Shown here: one piece after another, positions 28,201 through 37,831 of the stretch | Layout of the letters: every line of letters starts with the position of its first letter | How positions within the stretch are numbered: the first letter of the stretch is position 1 | Assembly: GCA_031414535.1 (NCBI GenBank) | Contig: JANNVQ010000041.1 | Location: 32,001-96,000 of the forward strand | From: Gemmatimonas sp. | GTDB taxonomy: Bacteria; Gemmatimonadota; Gemmatimonadetes; Gemmatimonadales; Gemmatimonadaceae | Direction: 5' to 3' | Length of the DNA stretch: 64,000 bases | Translations under genes and position numbers: made by a program | Notes under the pieces: generated by a model | What the model saw: only the letters and a program-made list of their open reading frames with translations | What the model was told of the DNA's origin: nothing | The model's database searches: none

Positions 28201-29774
28201 GCAAATCCCCTTCGGTGCGCGAACTCAAGAAAGTCCTCATCGCGAACCGCGGCGAAATTGCGCTGCGCATCATTCGCGCCTGCCGTGAACTCGGCATCGC
28301 GAGCGTGGCGGTGTACTCCGATGCTGATGCGGGCGCGCCGCACGTTCGCGCCGCCGACGAAGCGGTGAACATTGGTCCCGCGCCTGCGAGCGAGAGCTAC
28401 CTTCGCGGCGATCGTATCATCGAAGTGGCGAAGCGCGTTGGCGCGCAGGCCATTCATCCGGGCTACGGATTCCTTTCCGAGCGCGAGTGGTTCGCCAAGG
28501 CGGTCGAAGATGCGGGCCTGATTTGGATTGGCCCGCCATCCACGGCCATCGCCGCGATGGGGTCCAAGACCGCGGCACGCACGCTCGCCATCGCGGCCGG
28601 TACGCCAGTAGTGCCGGGAACCACGAAGGCACTCACAGACTCGAAGGAGGCTGAGAAGATTGCACTTGAGTTTGGTCTACCCGTGTTGCTTAAGGCCGCG
28701 GCGGGTGGTGGTGGCAAGGGCATGCGCGTCGTGCGCGAGGTTGGCGAGGTCGCCAATGCGCTAGCCTCGGCGCAGCGTGAAGCGAAGAATGCCTTCGGCG
28801 ATGACGCCGTGTACATCGAGAAGTACATCGAAGGCCCGCGGCATGTGGAGATCCAGGTACTCGCGGACCAGTACGGCCACTGCATCTCACTCGGTGAGCG
28901 CGAGTGCAGCATTCAGCGCCGCCATCAGAAGATGGTCGAGGAGGCGCCGAGCGTTGCCGTGAGCCCCGAGTTGCGGAAGCGCATGGGCGCAGCCGCCGTG
29001 GCCGCCGCCAAGGCGGCGGGCTACGTGAGCGCAGGCACCTGCGAGTTTCTGCTCGCCAAGAACGGTGAGTTCTATTTTCTCGAGATGAACACGCGCATCC
29101 AGGTTGAGCATCCGGTCACGGAGCTCGTGATGGGTGTTGACCTCGTGCAATGGCAGCTTCGGATCGCACGCGGAGAGGTGTTGACGCTCACGGATACGCC
29201 AGCGCCCAATGGTTGGGCCATCGAGTGCCGCATCACGAGCGAGGATCCGGCCAACGGATTCCTGCCGAGCACGGGGCGCATCACGCACCTGCAGTTGCCG
29301 GCGGGGCCGGGCGTGCGCTGGGATGGCGGCATCACCACGGGTTCTGTGGTTGGACTGAACTACGATCCGATGCTCGCCAAGCTCATCGTGCATGCGCCCA
29401 CGCGTGAACTCGCGATTCAGCGCATGGAGCGCGCGCTGCGTGAGTTGGTGATCACTGGCGTGGAGACCTCGCGGGAGTTTCATCTGCGCGTGATGGCGGA
29501 CGAGGATTATCGCAGCGGCAACGTGACCATTCAGTGGCTTGAAGCCAAGCTGCCGGAGATTCTCGCGCGAAAGCCATCAGCGGAGACCACGCTCGCTGCA
29601 GCGATTGCCGGCGCCTTGCTCGCGCAGCGTGATCGTGCGGGGCGTCCCGGAACGGGTGTTGCCGCCGCAGCACAAGGTGGCCAGGGCAGTGCGGCCGCCA
29701 CGCCCACGGGCAGCGATCCGTCCCGAAGCTCGTGGGCCGCTCTCGCGCGCCGCGAAGGCCTCAGGAACTCGTGA
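28197..29774 (+). CDS. accC: Biotin carboxylase subunit of acyl-CoA carboxylase
   Basis: [64 protein letters not shown]; no biotinyl domain. Confidence 0.93.
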   Translation: MSKSPSVRELKKVLIANRGEIALRIIRACRELGIASVAVYSDADAGAPHVRAADEAVNIGPAPASESYLRGDRIIEVAKRVGAQAIHPGYGFLSEREWFAKAVEDAGLIWIGPPSTAIAAMGSKTAARTLAIAAGTPVVPGTTKALTDSKEAEKIALEFGLPVLLKAAAGGGGKGMRVVREVGEVANALASAQREAKNAFGDDAVYIEKYIEGPRHVEIQVLADQYGHCISLGERECSIQRRHQKMVEEAPSVAVSPELRKRMGAAAVAAAKAAGYVSAGTCEFLLAKNGEFYFLEMNTRIQVEHPVTELVMGVDLVQWQLRIARGEVLTLTDTPAPNGWAIECRITSEDPANGFLPSTGRITHLQLPAGPGVRWDGGITTGSVVGLNYDPMLAKLIVHAPTRELAIQRMERALRELVITGVETSREFHLRVMADEDYRSGNVTIQWLEAKLPEILARKPSAETTLAAAIAGALLAQRDRAGRPGTGVAAAAQGGQGSAAATPTGSDPSRSSWAALARREGLRNS

Positions 29775-31003
29775 GTCTCGCCAGCATCGAGGTCAGTTCG
29801 CTCTCCGCAGGCGGCGATGGCGTCGGACGGCAAGACGGCCTCGTGGTGTTCACCCCGCGCACCGCACCGGGTGACAAGGTGCTCGTCGAGCTCGACGTGC
29901 AGGGACGCATTGGCCGTGGGAAACTGAAGAAGCTCGAACGCGCCGGTGCCGCCCGCATTGCGTCGAGCTGCCCGCACTACGAAGCCCCGGACCGCTGCGG
30001 TGGCTGCCAGTGGCAACACGTGGACATCACGGCGCAACGCGATGCGAAGCGCACCATGGTGCGCGATGCCTTTCAGCGCATCGCCAAGCGCGATGTGTCC
30101 ATGCCCAGCATCGTGGCTGGAGAAGAGTGGCGGTACCGACGCTCCCTAACGCTGGCGATCCGTCGCGCTGAGGATGGATCGTTCACGGCGGGCATGCGCG
30201 CGTATGACGATCCCGAGGCGGTGTTCGATCTCCAAGACTGTCTGATTACCGCACCTGCCGTGCTCGACGCGTGGAGAGAAGTGATGGCGGCCGCGGAGCA
30301 TTTGCCGCGCGAGGGCCGTCTGCGCGGCACCATGCGCGTGATCAATGAGCACGCCTACTTCACGCTCGAGGGCGGGAAGGACTGGGGCACGCTCGCCTCG
30401 TTTCTCGACGACGCGCCCGGTTTGAGTGCCGTGTGGTGGCACGCTGAGGGCAAGCGCCGCCGACTCGTGGCGGATCGTCGCCCTGTTGCTGAGCCGGGTG
30501 CGAGCTTCGCGCAGGTCAATCCTGAAATCGCCGAGCTCATGCAGGCCTCGGTGGTGGATCGCGTCATGGAGCACGCGCCGAAGCGCGTCATTGATGCCTT
30601 CAGTGGATCTGGCGACACGGCCGTCGCGCTCGCGAGGCTGGGTGCAACGGTTATTGCCATCGAAGCTGATGAGGAAGCGACAGCATACGCAGCAACACGA
30701 CTCGCTGAGCCCTCGCGCGCGATCGCGGCGCGCGTGGAGGATGTCATTGCGGCGAACCTTCCAGCCGATGTGGTGATCCTTAATCCGCCCCGGGCTGGTG
30801 TGGACGCGAAGGTCACTGCGGCAATCCTCAATGCGTCACGCCCGCCCAAGGCTATCATCTACGTGAGTTGTGATCCCGCGACGCTCGCCCGCGACGTCGG
30901 TCGGCTCCCGGGCTGGACCGTGCATTTTATGGAGTGTTTCGACCTCTTCCCGCAGACCTCGCACGTCGAGACCGTCTGCGAGCTGCGACCGGAGAACGGA
31001 TGA
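29771..31003 (+). CDS. TRAM-domain RNA (uracil-5)-methyltransferase, RlmD/RlmC family
   Basis: N-terminal TRAM; CPHY...CGGCQWQH Fe-S motif; SFAQVN, NPPRAG, YVSCDPATLARD, DLFPQTSHVE. Confidence 0.88.
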   Translation: MSLASIEVSSLSAGGDGVGRQDGLVVFTPRTAPGDKVLVELDVQGRIGRGKLKKLERAGAARIASSCPHYEAPDRCGGCQWQHVDITAQRDAKRTMVRDAFQRIAKRDVSMPSIVAGEEWRYRRSLTLAIRRAEDGSFTAGMRAYDDPEAVFDLQDCLITAPAVLDAWREVMAAAEHLPREGRLRGTMRVINEHAYFTLEGGKDWGTLASFLDDAPGLSAVWWHAEGKRRRLVADRRPVAEPGASFAQVNPEIAELMQASVVDRVMEHAPKRVIDAFSGSGDTAVALARLGATVIAIEADEEATAYAATRLAEPSRAIAARVEDVIAANLPADVVILNPPRAGVDAKVTAAILNASRPPKAIIYVSCDPATLARDVGRLPGWTVHFMECFDLFPQTSHVETVCELRPENG

Positions 31004-31500
31004 AGTTCATCGTGGAGATTGGTGGCGAACGCCATGAGGTGGAACTTGAGGATGGCCGCGCCGAGGTCGGCGGGCAGGCCACGACAGCCGCGCTGCTCGA
31101 AGTCGCGGGGTCGCCCGTGCATGTGGTCACCGTTGGCGGCAAGCAGTACCAAGCGGTGGTGAAGCGCGAGGGCCCCAAGGGCAGCTATGTGCTGTGGATG
31201 GACGGCTGGCGCTTTGAAATCGATGCGCTTGATGCCCGCGCTCGGGCGATCCGGGATTTGAGCGCGGCAGCGGCCGGTGCGCAGGGGCCAGCGCCGATTG
31301 TGGCGCCCATGCCCGGCCTCATTGTCCGCCTACACGTGCAGGTTGGAGATCAGGTGGCAGCCGACCAACCCGTGGTCGTGATGGAGGCGATGAAGATGGA
31401 AAATGAACTGCGCGCCAAGGCAGCGGGTCGTGTGAAGGTCATTCACGCGCAACCTGGAAAGGCGGTCGAGAAGGGGACCGTGCTCGTGGAGCTCGAGTAG
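31000..31500 (+). CDS. Biotin carboxyl carrier subunit
   Basis: APMPG and EAMKM biotinylation motif; N-terminal beta domain. Confidence 0.92.
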   Translation: MKFIVEIGGERHEVELEDGRAEVGGQATTAALLEVAGSPVHVVTVGGKQYQAVVKREGPKGSYVLWMDGWRFEIDALDARARAIRDLSAAAAGAQGPAPIVAPMPGLIVRLHVQVGDQVAADQPVVVMEAMKMENELRAKAAGRVKVIHAQPGKAVEKGTVLVELE

Positions 31501-31508
31501 GCGTCGGC

Positions 31509-31637
31509 TCAGGGCCCAAAGCCTGGGGGTGCCTTCTCGTTCTCGGGAGTCTGCATGACCTTCCAGAAGCACCAGAGGGTGCCGAACCAAACCAACACGA
31601 GCGAGGAAATCATTGTAATCCAACCAGCGACCGTCAT
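31509..31637 (-). CDS. 42-aa single-pass membrane protein
   Basis: GGAG SD upstream; MTVAGWITMISSLVLVWFGTLWCFWKVMQTPENEKAPPGFGP. Confidence 0.6.
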   Translation of the reverse strand: MTVAGWITMISSLVLVWFGTLWCFWKVMQTPENEKAPPGFGP

Positions 31638-31819
31638 GTGCACTCCGAAGGGTGTGTGCGACGCAGAACTGCGGGTGGAAGCTGTGCTAGTGTACACCGT
31701 TGCGCCAGCCCGTACTTAAATAGGAAGGAAACGGCACTGCGTGGTCCTCCGCCCGCGAGCATCGCTGCGCCGCGAGGTGGGAGTAGGCCCGGCGCCACCG
31801 AGTGAGCCGACCCCACCGG

Positions 31820-31848
31820 TTGACCTAACCCCAATCCCCGTCTATCTT
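31820..31848 (+). promoter_or_regulatory. Sigma70-type promoter for the rplM operon
   Basis: TTGACC-N17-TATCTT. Confidence 0.7.
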
Positions 31849-31940
31849 TGGGGACTGTCCCAAAAACCCTTAACTGGGTGCCAAGACCCGGGTTGCATTC
31901 CGCACCGGTGAGGCGTTCGACCTCTTCAGTTCGTATTCAC

Positions 31941-32393
31941 ATGCGTAGCACGTACACGGCCACCCCCGACGACATTGAATCCAAGTGGTTCATTGTTGAC
32001 GCGGACGGAATGGTCCTCGGTCGCCTCGCGACCGAAATCGCCCGGATCATCCGCGGCAAGCACAAGGCGATGTTCACCCCCCATATGGACACGGGCGACA
32101 ACGTCATCGTCATCAACGCCTCCAAGGTTCGCGTCACGGGCCGCAAGGCGGAACAGAAGAATTACTTCCGTCACACCGGCTACATGGGCCACGAGCTCTA
32201 CACGCCGTTCGCCACGATGCTCGCAAAGCATCCGGAGCGCGTGATTGAGAAGGCTGTGTTCGGCATGCTGCCGAAGACCGCCCTCGGCCGTCAGAAGCTC
32301 CGCCTCAAGCTCCGCGTCTACGCGGATGCCCGTCACCCGCACGCTGCCCAGCAGCCCGAGACGCTCACGTTCCCGCAGGCTGAGGCCAAGTAA
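31941..32393 (+). CDS. rplM: 50S ribosomal protein L13
   Basis: [39 protein letters not shown]. Confidence 0.98.
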   Translation: MRSTYTATPDDIESKWFIVDADGMVLGRLATEIARIIRGKHKAMFTPHMDTGDNVIVINASKVRVTGRKAEQKNYFRHTGYMGHELYTPFATMLAKHPERVIEKAVFGMLPKTALGRQKLRLKLRVYADARHPHAAQQPETLTFPQAEAK

Positions 32394-32395
32394 CC

Positions 32396-32791
32396 ATGGC
32401 GACGACCAATACGACGCACACCATCGGCCGCCGCAAGGAAGCCGTCTGCCGCGTGTACCTGACCCCAGGCACCGGTAAGTGGGATTTGAACGGCCGCACG
32501 CTCGGGGATTACTTCCCGCGCCCGGCGCTCGTGAGCGCCATTCAGCAGCCGTTCACCGTGACCGACACGCTCGGCTCGTTCGACGTGCAGGCGAACCTCA
32601 CCGGTGGTGGCCAGACGGGCCAGGCCGGCGCTTTGCGCCTCGCAATCTCGCGTGCCCTCGTGAAGATCAACGAAGATCATCGCCCCAAGCTCCGTGGCCT
32701 CGGACTCCTCACGCGCGACGCTCGCGCGGTTGAGCGTAAGAAGCCGGGGCAGCCAAAGGCCAGAAAGAAGTTCCAGTTCTCGAAGCGTTAA
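32396..32791 (+). CDS. rpsI: 30S ribosomal protein S9
   Basis: [35 protein letters not shown]. Confidence 0.98.
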   Translation: MATTNTTHTIGRRKEAVCRVYLTPGTGKWDLNGRTLGDYFPRPALVSAIQQPFTVTDTLGSFDVQANLTGGGQTGQAGALRLAISRALVKINEDHRPKLRGLGLLTRDARAVERKKPGQPKARKKFQFSKR

Positions 32792-32792
32792 C

Positions 32793-32852
32793 GGACGGAA
32801 GACGGATGACGGATGCTGGATGCCTTGTGCATCCGTCATCCGTCATCCGTCC
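32793..32852 (+). repeat. Heptamer-armed inverted repeat between rpsI and rpsB
   Basis: G-GACGGAA-GACGGAT-GACGGAT-GC (32793-32816) pairs with GC-(ATCCGTC)3-C (32829-32852), 23 of 24 matches. Confidence 0.9.
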
Positions 32853-32965
32853 AGAACACGAAGGTCATCCATCAGCGAAGCTGAGACAATCCAAGGTGCC
32901 AAGCCATTCGGGCGAGGTCTGGAGATGTCAACGAAGCGACGCGAAGCCCAAACCACGAGCACTAC
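32853..32965 (+). promoter_or_regulatory. Probable rpsB (S2/t44-like) leader RNA
   Basis: GACA.ATCCA-AGGTGCC...GAGGTC-TGGA.GA.TGTC stem with GGTGCC/GGTC internal motif resembles the S2 autoregulatory leader; position fits. Confidence 0.5.
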
Positions 32966-33898
32966 ATGTCCAGTCCGAGCATCACCGATCTCCTCCAGGC
33001 CGGCGTTCACTTCGGCCACCAGACCCGCCGTTGGAATCCCAAGATGCGCCGCTTCATTTTTGCGGAGCGCAACGGAATCCACATCATTGACCTGCAGAAG
33101 ACGGTCACCCAGCTCGAGAAGGCCAAGGAGCTGGCGCGCGAAGTCGTCATGCGCGGTGAGCAGGTCCTCTTCGTCTGCACCAAGCAGCAGCTCTCGGCCA
33201 TTGTCTCAGCGCAGGCCGAGCAGTCGGGCTCGATGCACGTCACCGAGCGCTGGCTCGGTGGCCTGCTGACCAACTTCTCCACTGTCAAGAAGCAGCTGCG
33301 CAAGCTCAAGGATCTCGAGGCCGGCTCCGTTGAGGGCGGCGCCTTCGAGAACTACACTAAGAAGGAACAGCTGATGATGGCCCGCGAGCGCGACAAGCTG
33401 GCCAAGAATCTTTCGGGCATCAAGACGCTGGGCCGTCTGCCTGGCTTGCTCTTCATCGTGGACGCCAAGAAGGAGCGCATCGCGGTGGACGAGGCCAACA
33501 AGCTTGGCCTCCCGATCATCGCCATCTGCGACACCAACTCCGATCCTGACCTCATCACTGTTCCAATCGCCGGCAACGACGACGCCATCCGCTCGGTTGA
33601 GCTCTTGGTGGGCGCCGTCTGCGAAGCGATCTCGGCAGCCCGTCGCGAGGCTCCGGCCCGCGCTGAGGCCGAGGAGTCCGGCGAAGCGACCACGTGGTCG
33701 TCTGAGCGTGGCACCGAGAAGGAAGGCCGTGACCGCGGCGATCGCGGTGGCCGTGGTGGTCAGGGCGGTTCAGGTGGTGGCGAGAAGGGCGGGCGTCCGC
33801 GCCGTCGTCGCGCCAAGCCGGAAGCCATCGCCGCGCGCCTGAAGGGCGGTGCAGAAGGTGGCGAGGCCGTCGAGGCTGGGGACGACGCAGCAGAGTAA
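32966..33898 (+). CDS. rpsB: 30S ribosomal protein S2
   Basis: AGVHFGHQTRRWNPKM, RWLGGLLTN, DTNSDPD, GNDDAIRS; long charged C-terminal tail. Confidence 0.98.
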   Translation: MSSPSITDLLQAGVHFGHQTRRWNPKMRRFIFAERNGIHIIDLQKTVTQLEKAKELAREVVMRGEQVLFVCTKQQLSAIVSAQAEQSGSMHVTERWLGGLLTNFSTVKKQLRKLKDLEAGSVEGGAFENYTKKEQLMMARERDKLAKNLSGIKTLGRLPGLLFIVDAKKERIAVDEANKLGLPIIAICDTNSDPDLITVPIAGNDDAIRSVELLVGAVCEAISAARREAPARAEAEESGEATTWSSERGTEKEGRDRGDRGGRGGQGGSGGGEKGGRPRRRRAKPEAIAARLKGGAEGGEAVEAGDDAAE

Positions 33899-33952
33899 GT
33901 CTGCTTGATGCGCGGATTGGTTGGTCACGAACCGCGTTCCGCTGTACCTTTC

Positions 33953-33994
33953 AGTCGCCGCCGGTCGAGTAGCAGCTCGCTCCCGGCGGCGACT
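33953..33994 (+). promoter_or_regulatory. Stem-loop in the rpsB-tsf spacer
   Basis: AGTCGCCGCCGG ... CCGGCGGCGACT, 12-bp perfect outer stem. Confidence 0.5.
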
Positions 33995-34029
33995 TCACAA
34001 CTGCTGATTTTTCAACCGAGATTATACAG

Positions 34030-34929
34030 ATGTCTGCCACGCAGATCAGTGCCAAGGATGTAGCTGAGCTCCGCGCCCGCACGGGCGCCGGAATGATGGA
34101 TTGCAAGAAGGCCCTCGAGGAAGCGGGCGGCGACATGAGCGCTGCCGTGGACGTCCTCCGCAAGAAGGGCATTGCCAAGGCCGACAAGCGCGCTGATCGC
34201 GCCGCGTCGGAAGGCCAGATTATGATTTGGACCAATGCCGACGCCACCGTCACCGCGATGATTGAAGTCAACTGCGAGACGGATTTCGTAGGTCGCAACG
34301 ACGAGTTCGTGGCGCTCGCGAAGAAGCTCGCCGAGCACCTTGGGCAGGACGCTGCGGTGGACGGCCTGGTGGCCGTCGGCGCCGACGCTGCCTACTTGAA
34401 CACGCCCTGGGCTTTTGATAAGTCCCAGACCGTGGGCGATATCGTCAAGGCCGCTTCGGCCAAGACCGGTGAGAAGATTGAGCTCCGCCGTATTGCGCGC
34501 TTCCAGAGTGCCGGCACGGTGGGTTCCTACTTGCACTTCAACGGCAAGGCTGGCGTGGTCGTGGAAGTCGCCGGTGGCAAGGGAGAGCAGGCGGTTGAAC
34601 TCGGCCGGCATGTCGCCGAGCATGTTGCCGCTGGCGTGCCAGTGGTTGCCATCGCCGTGGACAAGGACGGAGTGAGCCAAGAGTTCCTCGCCAAGGAGCG
34701 CGAGATTTTCGTCGCGCAGGCCGTGGAGTCCGGCAAGCCCGAGGCGATTGCGCAGAAGATGGTGGAAGGCCGCATCCAAAAGGTGCTCGCCGAGGTCACG
34801 CTGGTCGGTCAGCCCTGGGTTCGCGACGACAAGCAGACGGTCGGTGACCTCGTTGCCGCCACGGGCAAGGCCGCCGGCCAGCCGCTCGCGGTGAAGCGCT
34901 TTGTGCGCTTCAAGATGGGCGAGTCCTGA
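34030..34929 (+). CDS. tsf: Elongation factor Ts
   Basis: [36 protein letters not shown]. Confidence 0.98.
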   Translation: MSATQISAKDVAELRARTGAGMMDCKKALEEAGGDMSAAVDVLRKKGIAKADKRADRAASEGQIMIWTNADATVTAMIEVNCETDFVGRNDEFVALAKKLAEHLGQDAAVDGLVAVGADAAYLNTPWAFDKSQTVGDIVKAASAKTGEKIELRRIARFQSAGTVGSYLHFNGKAGVVVEVAGGKGEQAVELGRHVAEHVAAGVPVVAIAVDKDGVSQEFLAKEREIFVAQAVESGKPEAIAQKMVEGRIQKVLAEVTLVGQPWVRDDKQTVGDLVAATGKAAGQPLAVKRFVRFKMGES

Positions 34930-34943
34930 GCTCGGCAAGCGGA

Positions 34944-35654
34944 ATGGCGCTCAAGTATCCCAGAGTACTCCTCAAGCTCTCCGGCGAGGCTCTCGCCGGA
35001 GACAAGGGCTTTGGTTTTGACTTCGATACCATCCGTGAATTTGCGCGGCAAGTAAAGTCCATCGCGGCCGAAGGCGCGCAGGTGGGCATGGTGATTGGCG
35101 GCGGCAATATCGTGCGCGGGTCACAAATTTCGAAGATGGGAATGGACCGCGTCTCCGCCGACTACATGGGGATGCTTGGTACCGTGATCAATGCCCTCGC
35201 GTTTCAAGATGTGCTGGAACGCGAAGGGCTCGACACGCGTGTGATGACGGCAATCCGGATGGAAGAGATCGCCGAACCGTTCATTCGTCGGCGCGCGATG
35301 CGCCACTTGGAGAAGGGCCGCGCGGTGATCTTCGCGGCGGGCACCGGCAATCCCTACTTCTCCACCGACACCGCTGCGGTACTCCGCGCCATCCAGATGA
35401 AGGCCGATGTCATCATCAAGGCCACGAGCGTAGATGGCGTGTACAACGCGGATCCCAAGAAGGATTCTGAAGCAAAGATGTACGATGCGATTTCCTACAT
35501 GGACGTCGTGAGCAAGGAGCTGGGCGTAATGGACCATACGGCCATCACGCTCTGCAAGGAGAACAGCCTCCCGCTCATCGTCCTCAACATCCACACCAAG
35601 GGTATCGTCTCGGCGGCATTGCGCGGCGAACCTGTGGGGACACTGGTCTCATGA
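34944..35654 (+). CDS. pyrH: Uridylate kinase
   Basis: [32 protein letters not shown]. Confidence 0.98.
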   Translation: MALKYPRVLLKLSGEALAGDKGFGFDFDTIREFARQVKSIAAEGAQVGMVIGGGNIVRGSQISKMGMDRVSADYMGMLGTVINALAFQDVLEREGLDTRVMTAIRMEEIAEPFIRRRAMRHLEKGRAVIFAAGTGNPYFSTDTAAVLRAIQMKADVIIKATSVDGVYNADPKKDSEAKMYDAISYMDVVSKELGVMDHTAITLCKENSLPLIVLNIHTKGIVSAALRGEPVGTLVS

Positions 35655-36199
35655 TTGCCAACATCTTGAAGGACTGCCGGACCGCGATGGACAAGGGCGT
35701 GGAAGCCACGCGTCGTGAGTTTGCCTCGGTGCGCTCGGGCAAGGCCTCGCCCGCGATGCTGGATCCCGTACGCGTCGAGATGTACGGCCAGATGATGGCG
35801 ATGAACCAGGTGGCCAACGTCTCCGCTCCCGAGGCGCGCGTGCTGCTGGTCACGCCGTTCGACAAGGGTCAGGTGAAGGCCGTTGAGAAGGCCATCCGCG
35901 AGTCCAACCTCGGGCTCGACCCGGCGGTGCAGGGCCACATCATCCGCGTGCCGCTGCCGGCAATGAACGAGCAGCGCCGGAAGGAACTGGCCAAGCAGCT
36001 CCATAAGTACGCAGAGGACGGACGCATTGCCGTGCGCCATGCGCGCACCGGCGCTCGCGATGCGCTCAAGAAGCTGAGCGGTGTGTCGGAGGACGACGTG
36101 AAGCATGCGGAGAAGGATCTGCAGAAGCTGCACGACGACGAGATTGCCAAGATTGACTCGGCGCTGAAGGCAAAAGAAGCCGAGATTATGGAGGTCTGA
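35651..36199 (+). CDS. frr: Ribosome recycling factor
   Basis: [37 protein letters not shown]. Confidence 0.97.
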   Translation: MIANILKDCRTAMDKGVEATRREFASVRSGKASPAMLDPVRVEMYGQMMAMNQVANVSAPEARVLLVTPFDKGQVKAVEKAIRESNLGLDPAVQGHIIRVPLPAMNEQRRKELAKQLHKYAEDGRIAVRHARTGARDALKKLSGVSEDDVKHAEKDLQKLHDDEIAKIDSALKAKEAEIMEV

Positions 36200-36222
36200 G
36201 CGAAAGCTCAGACTCCGGCACG

Positions 36223-36969
36223 ATGAGCTCCGCGCCAGAATTTCTCACGAAGATTCGCCTTCACGGCGTCGTCCCGCGGCACGTGGCCATCATCATGGAT
36301 GGCAACGGCCGCTGGGCTCGGGAGCGCTTGCTTCCGCGCCCGATTGGGCATCGCAATGGCATGAAGGCCGTACGCGAAGTCGTGGAGGGCGCACTCGAAG
36401 TTGGACTCGAGGCGCTCTCGCTTTTTGCCTTCTCGCAGGAGAACTGGCAGCGTCCGCCGATGGAGATCACGGCCTTGATGTCGTTGCTCGAGGAATACAT
36501 CCAGTCCGAGACGGATGAGTTGAGCAAGCAGGGCGTGCGAGTGTGCGTGCTCGGTGACCTCGAGCGTTTGAACAAGCCAGCGCGTGCGGCGGTGGATCGC
36601 GTGATGTCGCAGACGGCAGCAAACAGCAAACTCAGGCTCAATCTGTTCATCTCGTACGGTTCGCGCGCGGAGATGGCTCGTGCGGCGAGGCTGATTGCCG
36701 TGGATGTGGCCGCCGGGCGCTTGAAGGCGGAGGATGTGGATGAAGCCGCATTCGCGTCGCGTTTGTATACCGATGGCTGCCCCGATCCTGATTTGTTGAT
36801 TCGTACCTCTGGGGAACAGCGCATCAGCAACTTCCTGCTCTGGCAGGTAGCCTACGCGGAGATGTTCATCTCACCCGTGCTCTGGCCCGACTGGTCGCGC
36901 GCGAATCTCTACGAGGCCATTCTCGACTTCCAACATCGCGACCGCCGCTTCGGAAAGGTCGCAGTCTGA
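36223..36969 (+). CDS. uppS: Undecaprenyl diphosphate synthase
   Basis: PRHVAIIMDGNGRWA, FSQENWQRP, PDLLIRTSGEQRISNFLLWQ, RRFG. Confidence 0.97.
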   Translation: MSSAPEFLTKIRLHGVVPRHVAIIMDGNGRWARERLLPRPIGHRNGMKAVREVVEGALEVGLEALSLFAFSQENWQRPPMEITALMSLLEEYIQSETDELSKQGVRVCVLGDLERLNKPARAAVDRVMSQTAANSKLRLNLFISYGSRAEMARAARLIAVDVAAGRLKAEDVDEAAFASRLYTDGCPDPDLLIRTSGEQRISNFLLWQVAYAEMFISPVLWPDWSRANLYEAILDFQHRDRRFGKVAV

Positions 36970-36976
36970 GGCCCGC

Positions 36977-37831
36977 GTGAGCGAGCTCGCCAAGCGTCTT
37001 GCCTTTGCCGTGGCGGCCATTCCGGTCGTGGCGGCTTGCGTCTATTTCGGAGACGCGCCACTCGCCATCCTGCTATCAATCGCCGCGGCGTTGGCGGCAT
37101 GGGAGTATGCGCGACTCGCCGAAGCCGCGGGTGCGCGCCCGATGGGGAAGTGGACCATCGTCTTGGCTGCGATGGTGCCGCTTGCCGTGCACGCGCTGCG
37201 CTTGGGGTACGCCGTACCTGGCCCCGCGCTGCTAGCCATGCTCGTGCCGCTGTTGCTGTCGGTCGCGCTGTGGACACGCGGCAGTCAGGGCCGGCCGATT
37301 GAATCGGTGGCCACGACGCTCTTTGGTGTGTTCTACACAGGCGGCATGCTCGCCTTCGTGTACTCGCTGCGCTACCATCGCTTTGCCATTGAGCCAGTGG
37401 CCGGCTCGCTGCTCGTGGCCTTACCGGTGGTGCTCACGTGGCTCAACGATTCGGGCGCGTTCTTCTTCGGCAAAAAGTTCGGCAAGAAGAAACTGATGCC
37501 GACGGTGAGTCCGGGAAAAACCTGGGCGGGTGCCTGGGGCGCGCTCGGCACGACAATTGTATTTACCTACCTCATCTCCGCGTTCGTGCTGAAGCCATTC
37601 GCAGGCCTCAGCCTGACGATGGTGGGCGTGGTGATTTTTGGTGCGGTGATGAGCGTGGCTGCCCAAGTGGGCGATCTCGTGGAATCCATGCTGAAGCGTG
37701 AGGCGGGCATGAAGGACAGTTCGACTCTCATTCCCGGTCACGGTGGCGTGCTTGATCGCACCGACTCGCTCTTGTTCACGGTGCCGATTGCCTATGTCTT
37801 GCTCGAGCAGTTGCTGGTGATTGCCGCGTGA
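36977..37831 (+). CDS. cdsA: Phosphatidate cytidylyltransferase
   Basis: NDSGAFFFGK, SPGKTW, GDLVESMLKREAGMKDS, PGHGGVLDR. Confidence 0.96.
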   Translation: MSELAKRLAFAVAAIPVVAACVYFGDAPLAILLSIAAALAAWEYARLAEAAGARPMGKWTIVLAAMVPLAVHALRLGYAVPGPALLAMLVPLLLSVALWTRGSQGRPIESVATTLFGVFYTGGMLAFVYSLRYHRFAIEPVAGSLLVALPVVLTWLNDSGAFFFGKKFGKKKLMPTVSPGKTWAGAWGALGTTIVFTYLISAFVLKPFAGLSLTMVGVVIFGAVMSVAAQVGDLVESMLKREAGMKDSSTLIPGHGGVLDRTDSLLFTVPIAYVLLEQLLVIAA

